From Marsupella aquatica (taxonomy: Eukaryota > Plantae > Marchantiophyta), in the NCBI GenBank assembly GCA_973895155.1, contig OZ316896.1:21086152-21150151 (forward strand): DNA of 64,000 nucleotides, written 5' to 3'. A model generated the notes under the pieces. The model was not told where the DNA came from. It searched no databases and saw nothing but the letters and a program-made list of their open reading frames with translations. Below are positions 48,978 through 61,551 of this stretch, one piece after another (the first letter of the stretch is position 1; each line of letters begins with the position of its first letter). The translations under genes were made by a program, and so were the position numbers.

Positions 48978-51599
48978 AAAAAATGCTGTTTAATTTGCTT
49001 GTTGATTGTGGCAAGCTCCTCGCCCAATTTGAAGGTCATCAAATTGTCCATTATATCTCTTCCTTCCAAGAATCCGGTTTGCTGAGGGTCCACTAGCTTG
49101 CAAGCTATCGCTTTCATCTGATTGGCCAGGATCTTGGCAATGATCTTTTCTGTTAAAGTTAACATGGTAAGCAGCCTCCAATTACTGAGCTCCAAGACTT
49201 CCTGGTTCTTTGGTATTAATTTGATGACACCAGCCAAAGCCCTGCTCGTCAGCACCCCATCTCCCCAGAAGGCACGAATCATCTCGATGCACACAGGTTT
49301 CATGTAGTGCCAGCCTTTCTTTAGCACCTCTGCAGTCACTCCGTCGATTCCCGGGGCCTTATCTTTAGGAAGGTCATGGACAGTATTTTTGATCTCTTCC
49401 TTGTTGGGAATAGCTACCAGTGCTATGTTCTCCTCTTGTACGTGTTACCTTGTTGGTGATCAACAGCAATGCTTCTTCCTTGGATGCCAGGTGGTGTTGC
49501 GTGTTGTCGTCCTTGGCATAGAGCACAGAGTAGAACTTGAAAATCTCCTGGAGGATCTTGTCTTCGTCTTCACAGATTGCCCCGCTCTGAACCTTCAGTC
49601 TGACAATGCTCTCCCGAGCCTGCTTTGCCTTAAGTTGATTGAAGAAGTACTTAGTGGGTGCCTTCCCGAGTTGCAGCTACCTGACCCGGCTCCGTTGCCT
49701 TAGCTTGTTAGCTTCTTCCGTTGCTCTTTTCTGGGCCCTCTGATTAGTTGTCTTAAACTGTGTAGCAAAATTAAAGCAGGAGAATTTTTCATTGTTGCAA
49801 GTGAGAGTCTGAGATCAAGGTTGTAAGTGAATTATCAGCTTTTGCACAAACCCCCATACTTCCAAGTGGATTTCACCTTTTAATTAAGCCATTTGAACAC
49901 AACAGACTGGACACTTGAAACATTGGATGTCACTCCCTTATCACCTAAATGGAAATGGGCAGGTGAGGCAACATCTAAGACTGAGTGGACCCCGACGGAT
50001 TGTAAGAGAAATAACGAGTCACGCACAAAGTGTCAACCTGAATAAATTTGAGCAACACTTCTTACTCTAAGGATAGATTCCAAATCAAGTGACCATGTTT
50101 TAAAATGAACCTTAATATGCACACCCCAGCCTTGGATGAAGGAGCATAATTTGGAAAGGTTTGGACCACCTTGGATATATGTGGTCCAAATTCTAGACAA
50201 AGTAAGCTTTCCATGCCAGCATTTACTTGAGCCCACTCCTTGTCATGTAGGATCTGTAGAGCACCATGCATACTTGTGTGGGGTGGGAGGTCTTGTAAAG
50301 CCACCTGCAGTAGTTTCCAGTCACTCATTATAGAAAACTATTGCAGATCATGGCTTTAATTTTAGAGTCAACTAAGGGATAACAAGAAGACAAGGGACCC
50401 TGACTTCATTTGGAAAGCCATCCTAAACAGGGTGTCTGAGTCAGGTTTAGAATTTGTACATTCCTTTGGAGACTTGAGTCAAATATTAACAGTTGATTTT
50501 TCTCCCATATATGACACAAAGTTTTAGACACAATGGACTTTCTCCCACAACATTTTCAACGCATGGGCTGCCAGGGGCCAGAGTAATTTTGAGGGTGCTT
50601 TTGTGTTTTGTTGACCAGGGTGACAGGTGTCTCAAGGAGGAGAATGATGCTAGTAATATTTCATATTTAATTTTCTGGATTAATAATTCTAGACCATCCG
50701 ATCTCTCTACATTCAAGGAGAGCTGTCAAATTCAATCTGGCTAATAGGCCCTAAGTAGGACAGAGCCTAGGACTGGGTGAAACTGGCCGGCGGGCTCTCC
50801 CAGCCCGTTATTGACCCCCAAAAACTAGCTGAAAGAAAAGTTTTTGAGATGGCAGATTTTGGCTTTCCACTAAGAAGAACACTGACACAGATAATGTTGT
50901 TTAAATAAAAATTTATGGTCCAAAGGAGGTAAGAGTGCAACTTCTGCACTGGCGTGGGAGTTAGATTCTGTCAAGAATCTACTAACACATGCACACGATG
51001 TAGCATTAGATTATCTTAGATTTAATCTCAACCGTTAGATTGCCTAGCAGCAGCCTCCTACTTAGGAAAATATTGGTGGCTTTAACAGAATTTCCAATCT
51101 TTCACTCTTTGTGATTATAGGCTGAGAAAATTTACCTGTTGAATGGGAATTGATGGTACCGAGACAGTTCCAGAATGGGGCAACCCCAAATAGGACAATT
51201 CAGATTTAAAATCCATTTTTTCTCCAATGACATGACATTTTCAGTGAGGAGGTTCAAGTAGGCCAATTTTTCTCCCTCACAAGATGCACTTTCTGCCAGA
51301 TGATCAAGTCCGGAGATGAGTACGAAATGACCATTTATATGATGCTTTTAGATTTAATTTGGACTGCTACATATGACGATTGGCTAGTTCCATCATCTAG
51401 GGAGGTATATGGCAATTGTACTTAGTTTCAAGATTTCTGCAGTATTTGCTAGAGCAAAATTTGAGTAAGAATTTGGCAGGATTTCACAAAAAATAAAGGC
51501 TGCACTACCCAGGTCCAAATTGGGCAAGTCATACCCAAGGTCATATCTAAACTCCAAAGTTATCTTTAATGATATTTTCTGTCAGAAAGTGGACTGGAT

Positions 51600-51931
51600 C
51601 TTGGGGGGGTCACTATATGGAGGGCCATACATCGCGTGCGACGTTTAGGGTTTGAGCCCCTAACTTATAAGTGAAAAATATTTTTTTGCAAAGTCCTTTC
51701 TTTCTTTAAATTTTGTCATTTTTTATTAAAAAACCCCTAAAACTTTAAAGAAAGTATTTTTTGCAATTAAATAGGCCTAAGTGTTCTTGAAAGTTGACCA
51801 GTCAATAGAAAAATGCCCTATGTGTTCTTCCACTAAACTTTGGAAGTCTTCCGCCACACCCATTTAAATGGGCCTATACTTTGTCGCACGTGATGTGCCA
51901 TTTCTGTGGAAGTGACCCCCCCCCCCCCGAG
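51600..51931. mobile_element. MITE, hAT-like (332 bp)
   Basis: Perfect 8-bp TSD GACTGGAT (51592-51599, 51932-51939). Imperfect TIRs CT(T/C)GGGGGGGTCACT...ACATC(G/A)CGTGCGAC. Confidence 0.85.
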
Positions 51932-52064
51932 GACTGGATAGGACAATTGGACCACTCTAAGGGGAGAATTCTTGGGAAACTAGAAGAAGGTCGGTCCCAT
52001 ATTATTATTCTTTATGTTTTGAACAAGGGCCTCCATTGGACCAATTCATTCAAATCTGAGCTGT

Positions 52065-54413
52065 TGTGACAGGGCCCCAAACCCGGTAGTAATTTAGTGA
52101 TGACTTATAATTACATATATAAGTAGAAAGACAAGTAGGTGTAGTAAAAGTGTTTGGATTTTCAAATTTTTTAGTTTTTATTAGTTCTAATAAATTGATG
52201 CGACAACCGGAGGCCGGAGTTGAGAGGGGTGTTGGGCGGTGATGGATGACAAGGGAACCATTGAGGGGGTACAAGGAGGCCACAAGGCAGCCCAAGGACT
52301 TGGAGCCAAGGTGTGGGCATCTTGGAGGGGTGGGGGCTGGTCAGAGGCTCCACGTAAGGCGCAAAACGGGAAGAATGACCAAAATATAGAAAACGTTGAA
52401 ACTTAAAACAGACGTTGTTGTGCTAGTACTATTCCAAACATGGTCATGTTTGGATTCATTTTGAAGCCCTCAATGAGCCCCATGCGAAACTAAGGTTCTC
52501 TAGTTGATTTTAGGTCTATATCAAACAGTGACATCTTTAGGGACCTCAATGCCCGTAAAACGGTAAACTAGACAATCTTGGAGTAGTGATGGTGGGAGGG
52601 CCTTAGAAGGAAGGGACTCCCACAAATTCCCTTCCTCAATCCGTAGTTTCCCACAATTTTCCTTCCCCACTCCGTAGAAGGGGCACTTCATAGAAGAACA
52701 CATCCGTAGAAGGGGCCCCCACACTTTCTTGCTCCACTTTTTCTCTATTCTCACTGGTGAGGTTCCCACCCATTCCTAAACCCTAAACCCTTTCCCTATT
52801 GTGCTTGCTTTCAACATGTGTACGGACCCTGGTTGTACGAACATCAGATTTTTGACGATCTCAAAATCAGGATTCTACAGGCTTGTTGGAAAGAGCTCGC
52901 CGAGCTGAATCCAACGATGTGTCACACGGCAAAAACGGAGCTAAGACGGGGGAGATACAACAGATTGCATTTTTTGAGAATACGAGGGTTTTGAGGCCGT
53001 ACGAACGTCCGTACGGCAGGAGGTCCCGGCTCTGCAAGGGAAGGAGGAGGTAGCAGCACATACGGGAACCCGTGATCCGTGTTTTGCAAAGCCGGGGCCC
53101 CCTGGTGTTGTACGGACGAAACGGAGAGAGACGGTACCCCGTGAAAAGTTAAACGATCATATCTTGGTCGTTTGACCTCCGTTTTGTGCACCGTTTACGG
53201 AGCCATGATCAAGAAGAGGAGAGCTCCTCATATATGTTTTCAGAATGAATTCTGAGAAAATTTTAGTTTCGACAATTATAGGGGCCCCCTCCTTTTACAA
53301 CGGACCGGTGGTGGCAATCAGGAGGATTGAGGCTGGTAGGCAGGGTAGATAGATAGGATAGGAGGTGGTGGACTCAAGTGAGTCCTTGTATAGCGGAGTG
53401 GTATCCACTCCAATGGAGAGCGATGAGGAGACCAACTCACTGGGCTCAAGCCAGGGCACCGTGAGTGAGGAGGAGGAGGATTGATGAGGAGACCAACTCA
53501 CGGGGCTAAAGCCAGGGCACCGTGAGTGAGGAGGAGTAGGACTGATGAGGAGACCAACTCACGGGGCTCAAGCTAGGGTATTTTTGCGGTTTACAAAGCG
53601 TTGTTGGGGCACCGTCGAAGGCACCGTCGGTCCCATAGTTAGATTAGGGTTTTATGAGCATGTGTGTGCCGCATGCTTTAGGATTAAGGATTTCTTTGTG
53701 AATGGTTTTTAGCAGCGCCGCTAGGGTAGCCGCCATTGTGACCCCGTGAGGGGTGCTTTGGTGTGTTTTTTCAGTATTTAGGGGGAGAGCCCCGGAGTAG
53801 TGAGGGGGGAACTCAGCGTAGTGCTTGGATGCTTTTGAGTAGCTTTTGTGAGTAGCGCACCGATTAGGAGAAGTTCAAGCCAAAGTAGTGAGGTGGAGAA
53901 CGTAGCACTAGCTTGTCCCCAGGAGGCAGGAGTTGGGCAGATGGCAGGAGGCCGGGTTGTCCTTGCATGTGTTACGGAAAACACCAAGAGATATGGATTT
54001 GGCTTGAGGTTCCAATATTTTGTGTGTCACTTGTTGTTGCTTGTGTTGTTTGTTTTCCTCCCCTAGTGCATGTGGTTGGTTTCGTTGTGGAAACATTTGC
54101 CCTTGTCACTAGTGTTCAAATCTTATTGTAAACGCTTGTATGCTTGCCCATGAGAGGGGGTGGTGACAACACTCACCCGGTGGGCACGAGTTGTAGATAG
54201 TGGGCCAGTCCCTTGGACTTGATCAAAAATAGAGAGACCAGTCGGTAGACTTGATCAAAAAGTACACTTCCAGGAGCGGAATCAAACATACTCATCCTTA
54301 GGTGTGAAAATCCTCCAAATAGTGTCCCTCCACGACCCCGTAATACGATACCAATGGTTTAAGCGAAGAAAAGTACGGTTTGCACGTATTAATCATTGGA
54401 TAGGCAAGTGACA
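52065..54413 (+). mobile_element. Solo LTR, family A, copy 2 (2349 bp)
   Basis: Termini TGTGACA...GTGACA. Flanks GCTGT (52060-52064) / GCTGC (54414-54418). It is the inverted homologue of 12411-15001, with a TATTTA box (~53775) followed by a GT-rich R/U5-like region. Confidence 0.85.
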
Positions 54414-55226
54414 GCTGCTACAAGAACCAGTGGATGATAGGAGTCGGGACACAATAGTCTCCTAGCTTGGGGAGTGAAGCCAGGGCAGGTTTTGAATGGA
54501 AGCAAGAACTGCAGAACTACCCAAATGCCCAGACAAGGGAGGCACCACCTGGAGACCTTTCAATCATGAATGAATCTGATTATTAAGCTACCTCAAAGTG
54601 CTAAAATAGTGGACCCATGATGTTTCCTAATAGTGTGGTGATAAAAAAGCTCAAAACTTCAAATTTGTGCCATATGATAGCTTGTTCATATCGGCACACA
54701 GTTTGTTTTGTTTTGTTTTGATTTGTAATTAAATAATTCTAGACAATCAATTGTGTCTAAGTGCAGGGGGGATAAGTTAGTGCAGTCCGTGGCTAAGTGC
54801 AGGCTGGCAATGGAGCCCCCTAATATTACAACAATGTCCATTGTATATGCACCAAGATATGCAGTTTACATAAGTACAGGTAGACTTCTGCTAAATGACA
54901 AAATATCAAAACTAAACAAGAAATACATAAACTTGTGTATTTTCATACAACTGCATACGTTCAGTTTTCTGATACTGCAATGCATACATAAATAGCATTT
55001 ATTGTTAACTGCAGCAAACTACTACAGAATGAAGTTTAATGCTCAATCATATCCATTTGAATCTTGCTGTAGGATGACTAGTATGATGAGTCCAATGTGT
55101 ATGACCTGAAAGCACAATGGAGAAGTGCATAAGTGATCTCTCATGCACTTACTAGATAATGCAGACTGTGCACATATGAAAAAGTGCAAAAATGTATGTC
55201 CTGTGCACTTATAGCATACTAGCCAA

Positions 55227-55715
55227 GGGAGTAAAGCTACATCATCAGTTATCAGTGTTTTCCATCAGTCGACCTGATATCAGTTGCCACGTCATCTCAA
55301 AGATGCCAAGTTGAGGCGCCGAACAAAAAATGCGAAAAAAAAATTTGAATTTTTTTTTCTCAAAATTTGATGGAGAAAAAAAAAATTCATTGGGTGTCTG
55401 TACCGTACGGATACCACATCTCGGCAAGACCCGCCGAGATAGTTCAATGTCCGTACAATACGGACGCCAAATTTTGTCAAAAAAAAATTTGGAATTTTTT
55501 TTTGGAATTTTTCAAAATAAATAAATTCCATTTTTTTTGTCCTTACGCCGATCTCGGCAAGGTCAACTGAGATTGAGTCAATCTCAGCTGCCCCAATTGA
55601 GATGCGCAAAAATGCGAAGGCCCTATCTTAGCTGCTCAGCTGAGATTCAGAAATTTCAAGGCGGCAAAACTGATATCAGTTATCAGCCATTGATAAGTGA
55701 TGATCCTTGCTACCC
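55227..55715. mobile_element. Foldback MITE (~490 bp)
   Basis: Flanking CTAGCCAA / CTAGCCAG (8 bp, one mismatch) and imperfect TIRs GGG.AG.AA...ATCATCA.TTATCA. The interior is symmetric around the hairpin ATCTCGGC...GCCGAGAT (~55418-55440). Confidence 0.7.
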
Positions 55716-57694
55716 CTAGCCAGGGCATTAAGTGAAGAAGTGCTGACTAGTGGTGTCATCCTGGGAGCCAACACTTAGACATGGTTGACTGATCTTGTCT
55801 TTTTGACAGTGTGATATATAACCTAGCAAGTGGAACTTAGATGTCCATCGTGTGGTGCTATCATTATAATGATGTCATTCATATGATGTGACTGTACAAT
55901 CAAATAAAGTGTGCACTATAAAATGTATCATGTAGGAAACTAAAATACAACAATTATACTATCTACCTTTTTGTCATCTGAATCCGCGGGTGAAAGGTAA
56001 AATTCCTAGAAAACAGTGAGTCCATTTTTAAATGTTTTGATTGTGAGTCACAGATCAAACAAATCAATATGTTCGAGTGAAAACATGGAAAATTAACTTT
56101 TTAAGTTAAAAAAGTGGAGAAAAAATGATTTCTATAAAAAGTGCATAGAAAATAATTGAAAGGGGGATTGAGTGGAAACCTCAAAATAATATATGACAGA
56201 ACACAAAGTAACTAAGGACAATGAAAGGAGCAGGGAAGACGTATGTTGCATTAAGACAACTTTAGCACTCTAGAAAGGGGAAAAAACAACATCTCTTGCA
56301 ATTGACCTACCTAGACACCTCCTTAACATTGGACAAGTCATGTTTGATTAGAAAAAAAACGTACATAAGCTGAAAAGGATTCAGCAAGGGAAGCTTGAGT
56401 ATATGAATATGTTACTTTATTCATGATACAACTTTTCATGACATATCTTGGGCCATTGGTCCCTCCTTCAGTTGAGATTTGTAAAATTATACATCCTTGA
56501 CAAATTGTGTGCTAGGTACTAGGAGAGCCCCCCAGGGCAGTCTGTGTAATTGTGGGAGTAAGTCTTATTTTGGATGTGTCATTAAAATAAGAGAGGTATA
56601 TGCTTGCATGATGGGACCCCTAGTAGAACCTTTTTAAATGATTGACCCTTGCCTATGAAAATTTTGTTACCTACTAGGACCCCTCCTAATGAATTGTACA
56701 GGAAGTTCTTCTAGATGTAGGACCTACACAGTTTTTGGCCTCAGTTTACCACATACTTAAATGTGCAGTTTATTCTATGGTTTACCAAGTCACTCCATTT
56801 GCGCTCAGGGTCGCCCGTACACAATTTCCTTATAGTTTTCTAACATAATCTTTTGCTGTCGTTTGGTGACGACATTATAAATGGTTTATGACTTTAGATC
56901 AATTAGAGTTTGGTAGTGTCGCTTGCATCTCGTCGGTTTTAGGGGCTATCATTCATTTGTTTTGTCATGGATTTTGGTATTTCCAGGACATGGGCAGAGG
57001 CAATGGCAGTCATGATTTCTTGTGGGCTATTGTTTAATGTCTGGTGATGACTTTTTAGAGGCCCTTGCGATCTGTTCATGAATGAGATTTATCAATAAAT
57101 TGTGGTATGCTACACAATGCTGGGAAAACACCATGTTTGGCTGTTGGACTTTTGTTTTAAAATGTTAACCTGCACAGGTATGTGTGTGGAGTACTTTCTC
57201 CCTCCTCCCCGCCCTCCGCTTGCTCTTCAGCCATTCAAACATTTCCTTGCTACCATAGACCCGGGCCATTAGGATTTCTCAACAAAAGCAGGTTTGCTAG
57301 GCTCTCCATGCATCCAATCTGGACTTTCCCTTCTTCTCAATCACCCGCCGGATCATTTGAATGCATTTTGAGTGTATGAGCAAAAAGTTGCAAATTTTAT
57401 AAGATGGCTTTGCATCCTGAGGTTTTTGCCTTGTAAATAGGAAGACAAATTAATGAGAGAAGTAGGTTTATTGTCCCGTTTATTGTAGTCTAAAATCCCG
57501 CCTAAGATAATGTTTTGATAAATGAATAGACACTGAATGATGAACATATGAAGCACATATCGTATTATCTAGAAGTCCTGACATTCCACCTGTCTTTAAT
57601 TACATCATCAGCAACAATTGCACCTAGCTGAGTTGTATTATGTTCCTCATGCTGTTGGATGCAAACTCCCTTCTACCAGTTATGGACGCGAGGA

Positions 57695-57960
57695 CTTGGG
57701 TTTCACTTCCACAAAAATGACACATCAAGTGCGACAAAGGATAGAGTTGTTTTATTAGTTCTAAGGGAAGACTTAAGAATTTTCTCAAAAGAACAATAGG
57801 GCTGTTTTTAATTCATTGACTTATACAAATATTAGGGTCTTTTTAATCAAATTTTAAAATATTCCAATGTTATAGGGGTTAAATTTACAGTTTAGGGGTT
57901 CCGAGGGCTAAATATGTTGCAGGTGATGGGGAGGACATGGATTGTTGCACCAAAAAAACT
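57695..57960. mobile_element. Degenerate relative of the 51600-51931 MITE
   Basis: CTTGGGTTTCACTTCCACAAAAATGACACATCAAGTGCGACAAAG matches the reverse complement of the right TIR of the 51.6-kb MITE. The other end is decayed. Confidence 0.55.
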
Positions 57961-58727
57961 TCAGGAACATTGTGAAAAGACCTTGGGTAGCTTGCTTGTG
58001 AAAACAAACCTAATGAAATCAGGTGTATGGTAGAATTTAAAACCGGAACACATATATTAACCATAGTTATTGTCTTCACTTGTTACATCTCTCTTTGGGC
58101 GGTTGCAGTGAATATAGATTCTTCCAACCCTATAATTATTGACTGTTGTGACGCCGCCAACATGGTTGGTAATCAGTAATACGGCTTAATCCGTATTTGG
58201 CACGTACAAAGTAGACGTAGGAATCCATAGTTATTAGCATAATGACACTAAATTAGTTAGTTGTGACACCACCGGTACGGCGGGTAATGAGTGATTTGGC
58301 CTAATGACGCTTAGCATGCACGTTAGGGGTATCTTAGGCCGTAATTATTAGCATAACGAAAGTATTTAGGTAGCCATTATGAGTAGGAAATCATTAGTCA
58401 ATCAGGGGCGTTCGTGTTCGGCCCGGCGGCGGGTCGCCATTCGCACGCCCGGGTTCCGAGCGTGTAATGGGCCCCTTCCTTGGGTCCGTATAAAAAACTC
58501 AGGGAGGCTGCCACTGACACATGCTGACCCGGACCGGCAGAGTATCCTATACACTGCAAGCGTGAAAGGCTCGACCTATAAGCAATGAGGAGGCGTCAGG
58601 CGACCGACGAGCTCTCAGGGGTATAAAATGGGGGCTGATCCTTGGCAAGGCACCAGTTCTTCAGTTCACGCGCCATCTTCGACCCCAGTTCTCTCACTCC
58701 GCCTTAGTCACCGTCTATCTCCTCTGA

Positions 58728-61551
58728 ATGTCGCACATGATCCTGTCCAGTTTGGCCATACAATTCTGGATGCAGTTCCTGTCTATCGGAGGGCACTTGG
58801 CCGACTCATTAAAACACGCCAACCCGCGACGATACAAAATCAAATGCAAGTACGAGAGAGCCATCCGCCTAGCAAGACGACACCACTATCTCCTTAACTT
58901 TGATTACCCGTCCCAGAGCGAGCTTTACCGACCCAAAGAAATATCAGGGTACTTCTTCAACGGAGGCAAATACATCGGCTTTTGGGAGGCATTGCTTCGG
59001 CTTCCGGACGAGGTCTTCAATATCCCGGACATGATCAACTTGCAGCGGCACCACTTCGACCACATCCCTGCTCGGGTCCAAGCTATCATCAACAGCGAGT
59101 TCAACACTACCCGGTCGACAGGGCCATCTACACTTGCTTTGGAAAACCTCCACCGGCACCTGCAAAACTTCATGGCAACTCTACCATCAATGACCAGTGC
59201 CGGCCAACCCGTGCTTGTAACCGCACCTACACCTCCTTGGCCTCAGCCGAGCCGGTCCCCGCCACCGGTCCCACCACCTCTCCGAGTACAATCCGTGGTG
59301 AATGCGGTGAATATTAGCTCCAAAGACAAGGAGGCTCGCCCTCCTTTGAATTGACGGCCGCGGGGTACGACTCAACAAGCGCCGAACAACGCAGCACCAC
59401 TCCAGCAAGCCCGAGGGGATAACACGGTAGCTCTAGTGGCCCCAACACCAATACTCACGGCAATCGCGCTACCATCACCTGACCAAGAGGAAGGAGAGAT
59501 GGTCCCCTCTTCTAGTCACCCCAAGAATCAGTCTCGGGGTAGGATGAGGAAGGAACCCGCAGCCGTATCCGGGTTGCCTTTGGCCACGGCTGCGGTAGCC
59601 AAGCTGACCATGCATCGCATGGGGGACAATGTTCACAAGAACATCCTCCACCCCAAGCATGCATGCTATCTGAAGACCCAAGGGTTTGAGCACCTCGCCT
59701 CTCTCCCTTGGAATGGAAGAAGGTACTACGGGCAGGATATGATGGAGTTCATTTAGAACTTTGACGAGGCCCATCAACAAACCCAAGCGCATGGGAGATT
59801 GATGTGTCTCAATGAGGCACGTTTGAAGATGATTTTTGGCCTACCCGAGGGGATAAACCGGGTAGAGTCGCGAGCTCCTGGGGGCAAGGGAGCTAAATAC
59901 CAGTCTTCTAGCTTCCCGACTGAGGGAGCAGTGGACAACGGATTCTTAATGAGAACATGCCTCATACCAGAAGTGGCAGAACGCTTGGAGTTCCAGCGGT
60001 ATGCCCTCCACATGATGGAACCTAGAGGCAAAATATCGGCTGCCTAGGTCATCCGGGTGGAGAACTATCGGCCCAGGAAGTGGGCGTCCTTCTTCGTCAA
60101 GAAGTTCCATGAGGAGATGGAGCAGAGAAGAAAGACTTTGTTCCTTGGCGGAAAGGCGTACTTCGCTAGCCACATCAAAAGCATCATCGAGTGGTACGCT
60201 CGTTTTGACCGCCACAGCCTCCCGCGTATCAACGAGCCCGAACTGACCCCGTCAAAATGGGTGTTCCCAGCCCAGGTGAGGCGATCACAGCCCGAGGCCC
60301 AAAGTCTGGCAGCTACAAGCCCTGGTACCCCGACCCTGCAACCCGCCGCTGCCGCCCCGCCAAGCATACCCATGGACGTTATTGCGACCTTAGATGCGAT
60401 CAATTGGGACAATGCAATCGAAGCCGGGCCGGATGAAGCCATACCCAAAATAGATGCCATGGTAGCCAAGGAGATTCCGCCACCCCCCGCGGTTGTGCAG
60501 GAGAACCGCCCACCTTCTGTGGAACCAGCCCCTTTGACCTACTTACCTCAAGGGCTGGATGTGTCCACTCCTACTCCCGCACGGGTTGGAGTCTGCCCGT
60601 GCCCGAATCCAGATGGAAATATAGTCTAGACCATCCGGAACTTTTTGCACCGGACACATTTCTGAACGGGTTGTTGGGAGATTTCTCTCAACAGATCTCT
60701 TGGGGCATCGGGGAATATATGGCCCGGAGGGTGGCCTGCTTCTTCAACTAGGAGTTGGTTGCGGCTGTAAGGGCAGGACATGCGCAGGCAGAGATAACGC
60801 AGAGAATAGAGCGATACCGGGTTGAGTCTGCCTACCTGAAGGACGAAGTGGCAACCCTGGAGGCTGAACTCCAGCAATTGTGGCCTCAGGTAACGGCCAC
60901 GGAGGACCAGGTTGCCGAGGTCAGGGCCCGAGCAGCTTTAGCAAAATAGGCCAGGCTCGAAAAGGACGCCGAGATCGCACGGCTCCGGACCAAGATTGAC
61001 GGTTTGAAGGGACAAGCCATCAATTGGCAAAAGGATCTAGAGGAAACTGACTCTAGGTCTCAGTGGGACACAACCAAGATTGACACCCTGAAGACAGAGG
61101 TGGCGCGCCCTGGGCCCTCAATCTTAACTAATACGTGGAGGACGTGCGAACGCTCGAAGGGTAGTTTTTATTAATTTTGAACTAATAATTATAATTATTA
61201 CTGATAATAAGGGAACTTTTAATAGTAAAATGGAAATAACAAGGGGTAAACAGGAAAAGAGCGCGATCGCAAGGGGGGTCCACTTCTTTTACACGGAATG
61301 AGGGCCCAGGGGTGGCGCGGCTTCAAGGAGAAGCCACAAAATAGGCCTAGTTGGTGGATAAGCTGATGAGCGACACCCAGCAATTGGAGGAGGCATGCCA
61401 TTAGGCCGCAGAAGAGGCGGATGCTGTGAAGCGGGAGAACAAATCTCTGCTGGACCAGGTCCAGCTACTCAAGCAAGACACCAAAAAACTCAGAAGGCAG
61501 CGGGATAGCCGCTCCCACTCAGGCAGCTCCCACAAGCATGCCAGGCATTAG
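58728..61551 (+). pseudogene. Decayed accessory ORF-B (~870 codons): N-terminal domain, Pro-rich linker, PMD/plant-transposon-like core, Pro-rich linker, coiled coil
   Basis: ORFs 58728, 59436, 59799 and 60057 are in one frame, separated only by single TGA/TAG stops. The core reads YLKTQGFEHLASLPW...MEFI*NF...LKMIFGLPEG...NGFLMRTC...KWASFF...YFASHI. After one frameshift (~60590) comes a coiled coil (LKDEVATLEAELQQL...), interrupted by the MITE at 61108-61311. Confidence 0.8.
61108..61311. mobile_element. MITE, hAT-like (204 bp), inserted in ORF-B
   Basis: Perfect 13-bp TIR CCCTGGGCCCTCA/TGAGGGCCCAGGG and perfect 8-bp TSD GTGGCGCG (61100-61107, 61312-61319). Removal restores the frame TEVARLQGEA. 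Confidence 0.93.

Larger units (their letters stand above)
41441..49739 (-). mobile_element. 5'-truncated L1-type LINE (host of two nested insertions)
   Basis: 15-bp TSD CTGATTAGTTGTCTT at 41426-41440 and 49740-49754, with an A-rich tail at ~41441-41468. RT motifs PGIDG, NWRLLTML, KLDFTKAYDRV, GVRQGCPLSSLLF, FAND (from FADD) and YLGCP lie at 49400-48300. The C-terminus LTEMCNNIWRERN lies at ~42090, and the zf-RVT core appears deleted. Confidence 0.9.

Noticed and set aside
57200-57420. Possible hAT dimerisation-domain relic (IHSK...KSRLDAWRA) on the minus strand
   Set aside because: The motif spacing is wrong and the frame is broken, so it is too weak to call.
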